DNA of 64,000 nucleotides from Sphingomonas sp. (GTDB lineage: Bacteria; Pseudomonadota; Alphaproteobacteria; Sphingomonadales; Sphingomonadaceae), in contig NZ_JAFKLZ010000001.1 of the NCBI RefSeq assembly GCF_017304615.1, positions 1,450,570 through 1,514,569 of the forward strand. Reading direction: 5' to 3'. The position numbers and the translations under genes were made by a program. Under the pieces are notes generated by a model. It made no database searches. It had not been told where the DNA came from and worked only from the letters and a program-made list of their open reading frames with translations. Shown in pieces: positions 27,192 through 38,834 of this stretch (its first letter is position 1; each line of letters opens with the position of its first letter).

Positions 27192-28520
27192 ATGAGCCAT
27201 TCCGCGCCGCAGCCTGTCGAGATTTCCCCAAGAGGTGCGTTGACCGGCCGCGTGACCGTGCCCGGCGACAAGTCGATCAGCCACCGTTCGCTGATGCTGT
27301 CCGGGCTGGCGGTCGGGGAAAGCCGGATCGAGGGGCTGCTCGAGGGCGAGGATGTGCTGGCCACCGCCGCCGCCATGCGCGCGATGGGTGTCACGATAGA
27401 ACGATCCGACGACGGCGTCTGGCGCGTGTGGGGTGTCGGGGTCGGCGGGCTGCTCCAGCCTCAGGCGGCGCTCGACATGGGCAATTCGGGGACGTCGACG
27501 CGATTGCTCGCGGGGCTGGTCGCGAGCCATCCGATCACCGCGACCTTCACCGGCGACGCCTCGCTGTCGAAGCGGCCGATGGGGCGCGTGATCGAACCGC
27601 TGTCGCTGATGGGCGCGGATATTACCGCGAGCCCCGGCGGCCGCCTGCCGATGATGGTGCGCGGGATCAATCCGGCGGTGCCGATCGATTATACCCTGCC
27701 CGTCGCCTCGGCGCAGGTGAAGTCGGCGGTGCTGCTCGCGGGCCTCAACACGCCGGGCGTCACCCGCGTCATCGAGCCGGTGGCGACGCGCGATCACTCC
27801 GAACGGATGCTGGCGGGGTTCGGCGCGACGTTGACGGTCGAGGCCACCAATCGCGGGCGAGTCATCGCGATTACTGGTGAGGCCGAGTTGAAGCCGCAGC
27901 AGATCGTCGTGCCCGGCGATCCCAGCTCGGCGGCGTTCTGGGCGGTGGCGGCATCGATCGTGCCGGGCAGCGAGGTGACGATCGCCAATGTCGGCCTCAA
28001 CCCGACCCGCGCCGGGCTGTTCACGGCCCTGCGGATGATGGGCGCCGACATTACCGAGGTCGATCCGCGCACCGTCGGCGGCGAGCCGGTCGCCGACCTC
28101 GTCGTCCGCCACGCACCGCTCACGGCGATCGACGTGTCGCCCGACCTCGCGCCGAGCATGATCGACGAATATCCGGTGCTGTTCGTCGCCGCCGCCTTCG
28201 CGCAGGGCCGCACGGTGGCGCGCGGGGCGCATGAGCTGCGCGTCAAGGAATCGGACCGCATCGCCGCGATGGCCACCGCGCTCGGCGCATGCGGCGTCGC
28301 GATCGAGGAGTTCGAAGATGGCCTGGCCGTCACCGGCACCGGCGGCGATCCGATCCCGGGCGACGCGACGATCGCCTCGCTGCTCGATCATCGCATCGCG
28401 ATGGCGATGGCAGTGGCCGGACTGCATGCCCGTCAGCCGATAACGATCGACGACGCCGCGCCGGTCGCGACGAGCTACCCGGACTTCTTCACCACGCTCG
28501 ACGGATTGCGCGTCGCGTGA
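27192..28520 (+). CDS. aroA: 3-phosphoshikimate 1-carboxyvinyltransferase (EPSP synthase)
   Basis: VPGDKSISHRSLMLSGLAVGESRIEGLLEGEDVLATAAAMRAMG plus C-terminal ELRVKESDRI. Confidence 0.93.
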   Translation: MSHSAPQPVEISPRGALTGRVTVPGDKSISHRSLMLSGLAVGESRIEGLLEGEDVLATAAAMRAMGVTIERSDDGVWRVWGVGVGGLLQPQAALDMGNSGTSTRLLAGLVASHPITATFTGDASLSKRPMGRVIEPLSLMGADITASPGGRLPMMVRGINPAVPIDYTLPVASAQVKSAVLLAGLNTPGVTRVIEPVATRDHSERMLAGFGATLTVEATNRGRVIAITGEAELKPQQIVVPGDPSSAAFWAVAASIVPGSEVTIANVGLNPTRAGLFTALRMMGADITEVDPRTVGGEPVADLVVRHAPLTAIDVSPDLAPSMIDEYPVLFVAAAFAQGRTVARGAHELRVKESDRIAAMATALGACGVAIEEFEDGLAVTGTGGDPIPGDATIASLLDHRIAMAMAVAGLHARQPITIDDAAPVATSYPDFFTTLDGLRVA

Positions 28521-29500
28521 TCGGCCGCCGCGCGTTGCTCGCGGCAGGAGCGGCGTTCGCGGCTAGTTTTGTCCTGCCGCGCTCGCTGGCCGCGCGGGAG
28601 CCTGACGGCTATGCGCCGCCCGATCTCGAAAAGATGGTCCCGGTCGAGGGCGGGCGCGTCTATGTCCGCGTCAACGGTGACTTGCGCGGTCCCAAACCGC
28701 CGATCGTGATGCTCCATGGCGGACCCGGCGGCACGCACGCCCATTTCCTCCCCGCCCTCGTGCTCGCCGACGAGCGGGCGGTGATCCTCTACGACCAGCT
28801 CGACAGCGGCCAGTCGGACCGGCCCGGCGACCCCGCGAACTGGCGCGTGTCGCGGTTCGTCGACGAGGCGGAGTTGATCCGCAAAGCACTCGGCGTCGAT
28901 CGCTGGCATCTGCTGGGACATAGCTGGGGCGGCACCCTCGCGCTCGAATATGGCGCGCGGCGGCCGGCGGCGTTGCGCGGACTGGCGCTGGCCAGCCCGC
29001 TCATCTCGACCAGAAGCTGGATCGCCGACGCCAATGCATTGCGCGCTTCATTGCCCACCGGCGTCCAGGCCGACATCGCGCAATGCGACGTCGCGCCGGG
29101 GCCGGTCTGCGACACTGGCACGAACGCCTTCTATCGCGCCTTCAACGGCCGCGAGCCGGCGACGACGGCCGCCGTCGCCTATGCCCGCGCGCATCCCGAT
29201 GGGTTCAACCCGAAACTCTATTACGCGATGTGGGGCGCCAGCGAGTTCGTCTCGACCGGCAGCTTGCGCGACTATGATGGCGAGCCGCTGCTGGCGAAGC
29301 TGGACGGCAAGCGGACCTTGTTCCTGGGCGGCCAGTATGACGAGGCACGCCCCGCCACGCTCGCCGGTTTCGCCGCGCGCGTGCCCGGCGCCGAATTCGC
29401 CACCATTCCCGGCGCGGCGCACGGTATCTTCGCCGATCGGCCCCAGGAAACGGTCGCGTTGATCCGCGCGTGGCTGGCGCGACAGGATGCGCTCGCCTAG
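28517..29500 (+). CDS. proline-iminopeptidase-like alpha/beta-hydrolase with Tat-like signal
   Basis: GTG 28517 (GTGA overlap with the aroA stop) gives VIGRRALLAAGAAFAASF. Motifs MLHGGPGG and GHSWGG. Confidence 0.75.
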   Translation: MIGRRALLAAGAAFAASFVLPRSLAAREPDGYAPPDLEKMVPVEGGRVYVRVNGDLRGPKPPIVMLHGGPGGTHAHFLPALVLADERAVILYDQLDSGQSDRPGDPANWRVSRFVDEAELIRKALGVDRWHLLGHSWGGTLALEYGARRPAALRGLALASPLISTRSWIADANALRASLPTGVQADIAQCDVAPGPVCDTGTNAFYRAFNGREPATTAAVAYARAHPDGFNPKLYYAMWGASEFVSTGSLRDYDGEPLLAKLDGKRTLFLGGQYDEARPATLAGFAARVPGAEFATIPGAAHGIFADRPQETVALIRAWLARQDALA

Positions 29501-29524
29501 GTTCGGGCGAATGAAGGGAATCGC

Positions 29525-30160
29525 ATGATCATCGCCGTCGACGGCCCCGCCGCCAGCGGCAAGGGCACCATCGCCCGCGCGCTCGCCAAGCATTACAAGC
29601 TCGCCCATCTCGACACTGGCCTGCTCTATCGCGCCGTAGCGGAAAACGTGCGCCGCATGGAGCTCGACCCGGCGATCGAGGCCGACGCGGTCGCGGCGAG
29701 CAATTTCCCCGACGAATTGCTCGACGACCCCGTGTTGCGTAGCGACGACGCCGGGCAGCGCGCGTCGATCGTCTCCGCCCACCCGCTGGTCCGCGCCGCC
29801 TTGCTCCAGCGCCAGCGCAAGTTCGCGCAACAGCCAGGCGGCGCGGTGCTCGACGGGCGCGACATCGGGACCGTGATCGCACCCGACGCCGACGCCAAAT
29901 TGTTCGTTAAGGCGACACCCCAGATTCGCGCGCGCCGCCGCCATGCGGAGCTGAAGGGACACGGCTCGACGATCAGCCTCGACAAGGTGCTGGCCGACAT
30001 CCGCGCGCGCGATCTGCGCGATACCGGCCGCAACGCCGCGCCTTTGGTCATGGCGGCGGACGCGGGCATCCTCGACACGAGCTTCCTGTCGATCGAGGCG
30101 GCGGTTATCCGCGCGATCGAATTGGTCGAACGGCAACGCGCGCTGAAGGCGTCAGCTTGA
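29525..30160 (+). CDS. cmk: cytidylate kinase
   Basis: MIIAVDGPAASGKGTIARALA P-loop, 211 aa, conserved position between aroA and rpsA. Confidence 0.92.
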   Translation: MIIAVDGPAASGKGTIARALAKHYKLAHLDTGLLYRAVAENVRRMELDPAIEADAVAASNFPDELLDDPVLRSDDAGQRASIVSAHPLVRAALLQRQRKFAQQPGGAVLDGRDIGTVIAPDADAKLFVKATPQIRARRRHAELKGHGSTISLDKVLADIRARDLRDTGRNAAPLVMAADAGILDTSFLSIEAAVIRAIELVERQRALKASA

Positions 30161-31450
30161 CGCCAGCTTTTCGCGCCACGGCCTGGCGAGACCGTGATAG
30201 AGCCGCTCCTTGCATATCAGCGCGGACACGGCGTGAGCGATCAACGCAGCGAGAAAAAGCGGCAGGATCAACCCGCGACTGGCGGTCGCTTCGACAATGA
30301 TGATCACCGCGGTCAACGGCGCGCGAACGACCCCCGTGAAATACGCGACCATCCCCAGCAACACGACCGCCCCGCCGGGATCGTCGGGAAAGAGAACACG
30401 TAGCACGGCCCCCAATCCCGACCCGGTCGCAAGCGATGGCGCGAAAATCCCGCCAGGCAATCCTCCCGCAGCCGTTGCCAGCGTCGATCCGAACTTGGCG
30501 GGGCCGAACCACCACGGCGCATTGGTGCCGTCGATGATCGCCCGCGCCGCCGAATAGCCGGTTCCCCAGGTCAGGCCGGTCGCTACGCCGAGCAACGCCA
30601 CCGCGACGCCGCAGATCAGCGCCCACACGATCGGCCGTTCGTCGAGGAAGGGCAGCCAGCGCCGCTTCGCCACCCCGACGCCAAGCATCAGACGAGCAAA
30701 TAAGCCACCGGTCAGCCCGCCCAACACGCCCGCCACCGGCGCGACGCGCAACACCGCGCCAATCTTCATCGTCTGCCCAACCGCGCCGAAATAGACGTAA
30801 TCGCCGGAAAGACCGAGGCTGACGACACCCGCGATCAGAATCGTGGTCATCACCAGCAGCGCTACACGTTGCTCGTACGCGTCGGCCAGTTCCTCGATTG
30901 CGAAGGTCACACCGGCCAAGGGCGTGTTGAACGCCGCGGCGACGCCGGCTGCGCCTACGGCGATGATCATCGACGAGCGCAGGGGCGCACGCAGGACGCG
31001 ATGATAGAAAGTCATGATCGCAGCCGAAACTTGTACCGTCGGTCCCTCGCGTCCGACGGAAGCGCCGCACAACAATGCCGCGACAGTGAACAAGCACTTG
31101 AGCGCCGCCGCCTTCAGCGAAATCAGCGTGTGCGACGCCTTCTTCACGTCGTGCGCCGCCGCAATGACCTGCGGAATGCCCGACCCCGCCGCCTCAGGCA
31201 CGATGGCCCGCGTCAGCCAGGCAATCGCGGCAAAGCCCAAGGGCGTGATGGCCAGCGGCCACCATGGATGAAGCCGCGTCAGATCTTCGAAGGCTATACT
31301 GGCGCGGTCGGCCAGCCGCGCGAACAACAGCGCGGCGAGCCCGATAGTGACCGCCCCCGCCCCCATCGCGATGCGGCGCCGCCAGACGGCGGAGGCTGGG
31401 CCATGCCGCTTGAGCAACACGCGCCACCGCCGGTTGAAGGTGATCGGCAT
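30152..31450 (-). CDS. ClC-family chloride channel/transporter
   Basis: GSGIPQ, GREGPTVQ and GIFAPSL selectivity-filter motifs; multi-TM. Confidence 0.88.
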   Translation of the reverse strand: MPITFNRRWRVLLKRHGPASAVWRRRIAMGAGAVTIGLAALLFARLADRASIAFEDLTRLHPWWPLAITPLGFAAIAWLTRAIVPEAAGSGIPQVIAAAHDVKKASHTLISLKAAALKCLFTVAALLCGASVGREGPTVQVSAAIMTFYHRVLRAPLRSSMIIAVGAAGVAAAFNTPLAGVTFAIEELADAYEQRVALLVMTTILIAGVVSLGLSGDYVYFGAVGQTMKIGAVLRVAPVAGVLGGLTGGLFARLMLGVGVAKRRWLPFLDERPIVWALICGVAVALLGVATGLTWGTGYSAARAIIDGTNAPWWFGPAKFGSTLATAAGGLPGGIFAPSLATGSGLGAVLRVLFPDDPGGAVVLLGMVAYFTGVVRAPLTAVIIIVEATASRGLILPLFLAALIAHAVSALICKERLYHGLARPWREKLASS

Positions 31451-31731
31451 GGCGGCCGCATAACCGCGCCCGCGTCAAAAAGCCAAGACCTACGCCACCT
31501 TGCCTTAACGCGCCCTCGGCGCTATGTGCGCCCCCGTCCAGCGAGCAGGTTCTCGCGGAGGTCGGCGTGGCGGGTTTCCTGTCGCGCCCTTTTCGCTTTT
31601 GCGGCGCATCGCTTTCCTCCGCCTTCCCGTTCGTTCGGATGCCGTGCCGGCATGCGGCCGTCGCGGCGTTTTGGCCAAGACCACCGGAGACAACCGGTTG
31701 GCCGGAAAACATTGATTAGGAACTCGAATTT

Positions 31732-33453
<1,722 letters not shown>

Positions 33454-33458
33454 GCACC

Positions 33459-33493
33459 AAAATGGGTAGTATCGCCCCGATACTACCCATTTT
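33459..33493. terminator. rho-independent (bidirectional) terminator after rpsA
   Basis: AAAATGGGTAGTATCG-ccc-CGATACTACCCATTTT: a 16-bp perfect stem with A/T runs on both sides, 6 nt after the rpsA stop. Confidence 0.8.
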
Positions 33494-33644
33494 GTCGCCG
33501 TTTAGTCGCGAATCAGTCCTATTGTCGGACGCACTTTCGTTTTATGGAGTTGCTCAGGGAAGGTTATCACCTCGGCCGATGGGCCTTGGCGATAATGGCA
33601 TACGGCTGTCCGATAGTTTCGTGCGGCTGGTGTTGGGAGACTGA

Positions 33645-33929
33645 GTGAAGATGATCCGTTCGGAACTTATTCAAAAGCTGTCGGACGCCAACCCGGACCT
33701 CGCGGCGCGCGATGTCGAGGCGATCGTCACTACCTTTTTCGACGAAATTTCGCGGCGGCTGGCCGCCGATGGTCGCGTGGAGCTACGCGGCTTCGGCGCC
33801 TTTTCGACTCGCGCACGCGACGCTCGCACCGGCCGCAACCCGCGCACCGGGGAACTGGTGGCGGTGGACGCGAAACGCGTGCCCTATTTCAAGCCCGGCA
33901 AGGAGATGCGGGTCAAGCTGAACGTCTGA
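33645..33929 (+). CDS. ihfB: integration host factor beta subunit
   Basis: [11 protein letters not shown]...[46 protein letters not shown]. The true start is probably ATG 33651. Confidence 0.92.
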   Translation: MKMIRSELIQKLSDANPDLAARDVEAIVTTFFDEISRRLAADGRVELRGFGAFSTRARDARTGRNPRTGELVAVDAKRVPYFKPGKEMRVKLNV

Positions 33930-34090
33930 GGGAACTTAGGGCGAGCGGAGCAAAGCCAGCGCACCTCAAGGGCTACGCACGTTCGGCGCGCCAACCTCCC
34001 AAGTCAACGACCGACTACGACCCGGCTCCGCCGGGTCGCTGATTCCTGGGCAATAGCAGCCGTTCGGCGCCAGCCCTCGGATCAAATCTA

Positions 34091-34178
34091 TGGTGCGGAC
34101 GGCGGGACTCGAACCCGCACACCCAATGGGCGAGGGATTTTAAGTCCCGTGCGTCTACCAATTTCGCCACGTCCGCGC
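34091..34178 (-). tRNA. tRNA-Leu (anticodon TAA), long variable arm
   Basis: Reverse complement is GCGCGGACGTGGCGAAATTGGTAGACGCACGGGACTTAAAATCCCTCGCCCATTGGGTGTGCGGGTTCGAGTCCCGCCGTCCGCACCA. Anticodon loop is CUUAAAA. Confidence 0.9.
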
Positions 34179-34252
34179 TGCCGATCGAATGGCAAGCTAT
34201 GGGACGGGACGCAAGCGAAGCTTGCCGTTGGCGCCGACGCGTCGAAACTGGC

Positions 34253-35728
34253 ATGACGCGGGCGATGACCTTGCGCCGCTGGCTCCTCCCCCTGCTTGCT
34301 TTGTGCGCCGCCCCCGCGTGCCAGCAACGGCCCGACAAGGGCCCGGTGGTCGTGTCGGTGATCGGCAGCCGCCCCGTATTTGTCGACGTCAACAAGCGCA
34401 ACGCCGACGAGGCGCAACGCCTGCTGCTCGATTCGACGGCGCAGGGGCTGGTGCGGTTCGACGCCGCCGGCCAGATCGAACCTGGCCTCGCCGAGCGATG
34501 GAACGTGATCGACGACGGCCGCACCTACATCTTCCGGCTGCGCGAAGCGCAATGGAACGACGGTTCGAAGGTCACCGCGGCCGACGTCGCGGCGATCCTG
34601 AAACGTGCGATCGCGCCCGCGTCGCGCAATCCGCTCAAGCCGTTTCTGACCGCGATCGACGACATCGCGGTGATGACCGACGCCGTGATCGAGGTCCGGC
34701 TGAGCCGCGCCCGGCCCGATTTGCTCAAATTGTTCGCGCAGCCCGAACTGTCGATCCTCCGGGAAAAGCCCATTGGCGGGGCGGGACCGTTTCGCATCGG
34801 CGCGACCGGCGGCGGCATCCTCCTCAGTCCCGCGATCGATCCGGTGCGGTCGCCCGAGGATGAACCCCAGGGGCCGTCGCCCGAACAGGATGTACGGCTG
34901 ATCGGGGAGCGTGCGGCGCGCGCCATAGTCAGGTTCGCCGCGAAAGAATCGGATTATGTCGCCGGCGGCTCCGTCGATAACTTTCCGCTCGTCGCCCGCG
35001 CGCAAATCGCGCCGACCAATATCAAGTTCGATCCGGCGGCGGGCCTGTTCGGGCTGGCGATCGTCCGGCGCGACGGGTTGTTGTCCAGCGTGGAGGGACG
35101 CGCCGCGATCGCCCAGGCGATCGACCGCGCGGCGCTGATCGCCGCGATCACGCCCGACTGGGGCCAGCCGGTCGAGCGGCTGGTGCCAGACAAGCTCGAT
35201 TCGGCGGCGGCGCCGGCGGTGCCAGCGTGGGCAGCGCTGACGCCCGACGCTCGGCTGGCGGCGGCGCGCGACGCCGTCGCGAAATATCGCGCGGACAATC
35301 CCGGCCCGATCGTGTTGCGCATCGCATTGCCCCCGGGTCCGGGCGGCACCATGCTCTACGGCCAGATCGCCGCGCGGTTGATCCTGATCGGCGTGCAGCC
35401 GCAGCGCCTGGCGATGAATGAGGATGCCGATCTGCGGCTGGTGGACGCGGTCGCGCCCTATGACAGCGCGCGCTGGTATCTCGCAACCGCCTGCGTCTTC
35501 TGCAACGACGATGCCCGCGCGGCGCTGGATGCGGCGCGCGACGCGCCCGACATGGCGACGCGCGCGCAACGGATCGCGGAGGCGGACGCGCTGATCTCCT
35601 CCGATGTCGCCTTCATTCCCATCGCGACGCCGCTGCGTTGGTCGTTGGTGTCGTTGCGGCTCAAGCAATGGCAAGGGAACGCGCGGGGCTGGCATCCATT
35701 GAATCATCTGCGCGCCGACACCAATTGA
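34253..35728 (+). CDS. ABC-transporter substrate-binding protein, family 5 (peptide/nickel type), orphan
   Basis: ATG 34253 gives MTRAMTLRRWLLPLLALCAAPAC (signal/lipoprotein-like). Motifs such as AERWNVIDDGRTYIFRLREAQWNDG are typical of SBP_bac_5. Confidence 0.7.
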   Translation: MTRAMTLRRWLLPLLALCAAPACQQRPDKGPVVVSVIGSRPVFVDVNKRNADEAQRLLLDSTAQGLVRFDAAGQIEPGLAERWNVIDDGRTYIFRLREAQWNDGSKVTAADVAAILKRAIAPASRNPLKPFLTAIDDIAVMTDAVIEVRLSRARPDLLKLFAQPELSILREKPIGGAGPFRIGATGGGILLSPAIDPVRSPEDEPQGPSPEQDVRLIGERAARAIVRFAAKESDYVAGGSVDNFPLVARAQIAPTNIKFDPAAGLFGLAIVRRDGLLSSVEGRAAIAQAIDRAALIAAITPDWGQPVERLVPDKLDSAAAPAVPAWAALTPDARLAAARDAVAKYRADNPGPIVLRIALPPGPGGTMLYGQIAARLILIGVQPQRLAMNEDADLRLVDAVAPYDSARWYLATACVFCNDDARAALDAARDAPDMATRAQRIAEADALISSDVAFIPIATPLRWSLVSLRLKQWQGNARGWHPLNHLRADTN

Positions 35729-35736
35729 GTCGGACT

Positions 35737-36159
35737 ATGGTCAATACCACGCGTATGCAGATGCCCGATCTGGGCGCCATCGTCCCCACCGGGCGCGACG
35801 CCGCGTCCGTGCGCCGGCGCGTCGAAGCGCTGGAGCATCTGCTTGAGGGGCTGTTCACGATCCCTGGCATCAAGCGCAAGGTCGGACTCGACGTCATCCT
35901 CGACGTGCTGCCGGTTGGCGGTGACGTGATCGGCGCGGCGATGGGCGCTTATATGGTGTGGGAAGCGCGCAACCTGGGGATTTCCAAGGTCCAGATGGCG
36001 CGCATGTTCGGCAATGTCGGCACCGACTTCCTGCTCGGGTTGATCCCGTTCGTCGGCGCGATCCCCGACTTCTTCTTCCGGTCGAACACGCGCAACCTGA
36101 AGATCATCAAGAAGCATCTCGACAAGCATCACCCCTCGACCGCGGTGATCGAGGGCTAG
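35737..36159 (+). CDS. DUF4112 membrane protein
   Basis: LFTIPGIKRKVGLDVILDVLPVGGDVIGAAMGAYMVWEARNLG...GLIPFVGAIPDFFFRSNTRN matches my memory of DUF4112. Confidence 0.7.
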   Translation: MVNTTRMQMPDLGAIVPTGRDAASVRRRVEALEHLLEGLFTIPGIKRKVGLDVILDVLPVGGDVIGAAMGAYMVWEARNLGISKVQMARMFGNVGTDFLLGLIPFVGAIPDFFFRSNTRNLKIIKKHLDKHHPSTAVIEG

Positions 36160-36875
36160 CGCCGCCGTCCGCTCCCCCGCCAGATCCTGAGCGAGGCGTT
36201 GTCGGCGAGTCCCCCCGTCCCCGCCTTGCAGCGCGTGTAATTGAACCGCGTGTCGAGGCACAGCCACAGTTCGTCGAGCCATCCGCGCTTGGCGGTAACG
36301 CGCACGGCGTCCGCCGGAACACCAGGATTGGCCGCAGCGAAGGCGGCGGTGAACTGGCCGACTGTCAGCGGCCCGCGCGACAGCGCGTTCATGTCGGGAT
36401 AGCGAAGCTTCGCATATAGCCGACTCGATTTGCCGAAATATTCGGACGGCGTGATGCCCATGCACGTGCCGTGCTTCGCCCATTCATGCTGCATCAGCTG
36501 CGCCGACGGCGTCGCGCACATCATCCCCTTGATCGTCGCGGGCGGCAGCAGGGTGGTCGCCGCGCAATATTGCGGCCAGTCCTTCCCGACGCCGTCGGGC
36601 CACAGACCGTGCAGCGTGAAACCGAAGCGGTTGCCGCTGCCACATTGAAAGCGCGCGGCCGGCGTGAACCCGCCAGTGCGGCAGAATTGCGGGGACCAGG
36701 TGATCGCCAGCGTATAGCCACCGATCGGTAGGTTGCGCTGCGGCTCGCTCGCCGACGGCAAGTCCGGGCGCGGACGCGGCGGCGCGCCCGGCGCGGCGCA
36801 GACCAAAGCCTGCGCGCTGGCGATTCCCGGCGCGACCGCCAGCGCCACCGCGGCGATCCGCGCGATACGCTTCAT
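36156..36875 (-). CDS. secreted ribonuclease T2 family protein
   Basis: ATG 36875 gives MKRIARIAAVALAVAPGIASAQA. CAS I motif FTLHGLWP and CAS II motif HEWAKHGTC. Confidence 0.85.
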   Translation of the reverse strand: MKRIARIAAVALAVAPGIASAQALVCAAPGAPPRPRPDLPSASEPQRNLPIGGYTLAITWSPQFCRTGGFTPAARFQCGSGNRFGFTLHGLWPDGVGKDWPQYCAATTLLPPATIKGMMCATPSAQLMQHEWAKHGTCMGITPSEYFGKSSRLYAKLRYPDMNALSRGPLTVGQFTAAFAAANPGVPADAVRVTAKRGWLDELWLCLDTRFNYTRCKAGTGGLADNASLRIWRGSGRRR

Positions 36876-37279
36876 GCTTTCTCTCCGAACCAGACCCGTG
36901 CATCGGGCCGGAACAACAAATAGACGGCGACCGCGTTGAGCACGAGCGCCGCGACGGCCAGCCAGCCCGCGGGATCGTTCGGCACGTTGCCCGCCAGGAT
37001 CGCATAGCCCGACCCGAGCAGCGACAGGCAGAACCATCCCACGACAATCCATTTCGCGACCGCATTCGGCACCCGCGCGGTGAAATACCACAGGGCCAGC
37101 GAAACGGTGTAGATGAACACATAGAGCAGCGGCAGGAACCACGGCCCCAGCGTCGCGCGGATCTGCTCCACCTCCTGCGTCTGGTTGTTCACCGCCCATG
37201 TCATCGCGGTCACGACGACGCCGAGCAACAGCGACCCCAGATAGGCATATTCGTAATAGACGATCGACTTCGGCCGCAT
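36872..37279 (-). CDS. small 4-TM membrane protein, translationally coupled to RNase T2
   Basis: ATGA overlap at 36872-36875. Hydrophobic segments YLGSLLLGVVVTAMTW, WFLPLLYVFIYTVSLALWYF, WIVVGWFCLSLLGSGYAIL and WLAVAALVLNAVAVYLLF. Confidence 0.6.
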   Translation of the reverse strand: MRPKSIVYYEYAYLGSLLLGVVVTAMTWAVNNQTQEVEQIRATLGPWFLPLLYVFIYTVSLALWYFTARVPNAVAKWIVVGWFCLSLLGSGYAILAGNVPNDPAGWLAVAALVLNAVAVYLLFRPDARVWFGEKA

Positions 37280-37310
37280 CGTATCCCCCAAAATCCAATG
37301 TTTCAGCTTG

Positions 37311-38168
37311 TCAGTCTCTTAGGACGAAATCCAGCCCGATGTCGGCGGCCGGGGCCGACTGGGTAAGCCGCCCGACGCTGATATAGGTGACGCCGGTTTC
37401 GGCGATCGCGCGGATCGTGTCGAGCCGCACCCCGCCGGACGCCTCGGTCGGCACGCGGCCGCCGACCAGAGTCACTGCGCCGCGCAGGGTCGGCACGTCC
37501 ATATTGTCGAGCAGCAGGTGAGTTGCCCCCGCCGCCAGCGCGGACTCTATCTGGTCGACGCGATCGACCTCTACGATGATCCGCGCAATGCCCGCGTCCT
37601 TCGCGCGTCGCACCGCCTCGCCGACCGATCCGGCAACCGCGACGTGATTGTCCTTGATCATCGCCGCATCCCACAATCCCATGCGATGGTTGGTCGCGCC
37701 GCCCATCCGCGTCGCATATTTTTCGAGCAGACGCAGCCCGGGGATCGTCTTGCGCGTGTCGAGCAGGGTCGCGCCGGTCCCGGCGATCCGATCGACATAG
37801 GCGCGCGTCATCGTCGCGATGCCCGAGAGATGCTGGACGGTGTTGAGCGCCGATCGTTCGGCCGTCAGCATCGCGCGGGCGTTCCCCGTAAGCCGCATAA
37901 GGTCGCTGCCCGCCGCCGCCGGATCGCCATCCGCCGCAAGGATCTCGATCTCCACACCCGCATCGAGCGCGCGGAAGAACGCCGCCGCGATCGGCAGCCC
38001 GGCGACGACGATCGCATCGCGGCTGTCCATCACGCCGGCAAAGCGCGCGTCGGCGGGGATGACGGCGGCAGAGGTAATGTCACCCCCTTCCCCCATATCC
38101 TCGGCGAAGGTGGCGCGAACGAAGGCGTCGATGTCGAAGCCGGGAATGTCGAAAGCGGTTTCCGTCAT
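37311..38168 (-). CDS. nadC: nicotinate-nucleotide pyrophosphorylase (quinolinate phosphoribosyltransferase)
   Basis: 285 aa with TRKT.PG.R..EKYA...GG..NHR.GL.D..MIKDNH pattern present (DTRKTIPGLRLLEKYATRMGGATNHRMGLWDAAMIKDNH). Confidence 0.92.
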   Translation of the reverse strand: MTETAFDIPGFDIDAFVRATFAEDMGEGGDITSAAVIPADARFAGVMDSRDAIVVAGLPIAAAFFRALDAGVEIEILAADGDPAAAGSDLMRLTGNARAMLTAERSALNTVQHLSGIATMTRAYVDRIAGTGATLLDTRKTIPGLRLLEKYATRMGGATNHRMGLWDAAMIKDNHVAVAGSVGEAVRRAKDAGIARIIVEVDRVDQIESALAAGATHLLLDNMDVPTLRGAVTLVGGRVPTEASGGVRLDTIRAIAETGVTYISVGRLTQSAPAADIGLDFVLRD

Positions 38169-38221
38169 GGTGCGGCCTCTGCCATGATCGGCGCCGAGCG
38201 ACCACCCCGAAGGAGCCGATC

Positions 38222-38743
38222 ATGACCGCCTATGCCGCCCTGCTCCGCGCCGTGAATGTCGGCGGCACCGGCAAACTGCCGATGACCGAGCTGACCGCGA
38301 TGTGCGAGAAGGCCGGGTTCGCGAAGGTGAAGACCTATATCGCGAGCGGCAACGTCGTCTTCACCAGCGGAAAGGACGAGGCGACGGTCAAGGCGACGCT
38401 CGAAAAGGCGATGCAGGATTATGCGGGCAAGCCGGTCGGCGTGATGGTGCGGACCGCGGCGGAAATGGCGGCGGTGGCGAAGGCGAATCCCTTCCCCGAC
38501 TCGCCCGGCAACCGCGTCGTCACGATCTTCCTCGACGACACGCCGCCGCAGCACACCGCCGACGAAGCCAGGAACGTCGATGGCGAGGAGATCGCGCTCG
38601 GCGCGCGCGAAATCTACGTGCGCTACACCGATCACGGCATGGCGGATTCGAAGCTCATCGTCCCGGCCGCCAAGGCCGGCACCGGTCGCAACATGAACAC
38701 CGTCGTCAAGCTCGCGGCGATGGCGGCGGCGTTGGGCGGCTGA
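38222..38743 (+). CDS. DUF1697 family protein
   Basis: MTAYAALLRAVNVGGTGKLPMTELTAMCEKAGFAKVKTYIASGNVVF. Confidence 0.75.
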   Translation: MTAYAALLRAVNVGGTGKLPMTELTAMCEKAGFAKVKTYIASGNVVFTSGKDEATVKATLEKAMQDYAGKPVGVMVRTAAEMAAVAKANPFPDSPGNRVVTIFLDDTPPQHTADEARNVDGEEIALGAREIYVRYTDHGMADSKLIVPAAKAGTGRNMNTVVKLAAMAAALGG

Positions 38744-38834
38744 ATCCGAGCATCGGTCCGCCTCGCTGCGGGACACCCTGACCCATTGCCGCGTGGCGGC
38801 GAATAGCGGAGACTTGGGGAAACGGAGGACCGAC

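Noticed and set aside
27114-28427. 437-aa minus-strand ORF
   Set aside because: It is antisense to aroA, which carries unmistakable EPSP synthase motifs.
30152-30160. 9-nt convergent overlap of the cmk and ClC gene ends
   Set aside because: This is ordinary compact gene packing, with nothing further to indicate function.
34088-35707. 539-aa minus-strand ORF
   Set aside because: It is antisense to the SBP gene and overlaps tRNA-Leu, with low-complexity Arg/Gly/Asp content.
36156-37298. 380-aa single ORF spanning RNase T2 and upstream sequence
   Set aside because: Only the C-terminal 239 aa (from ATG 36875, with a signal peptide) are RNase T2. The upstream part overlaps a better membrane-protein ORF in another frame.
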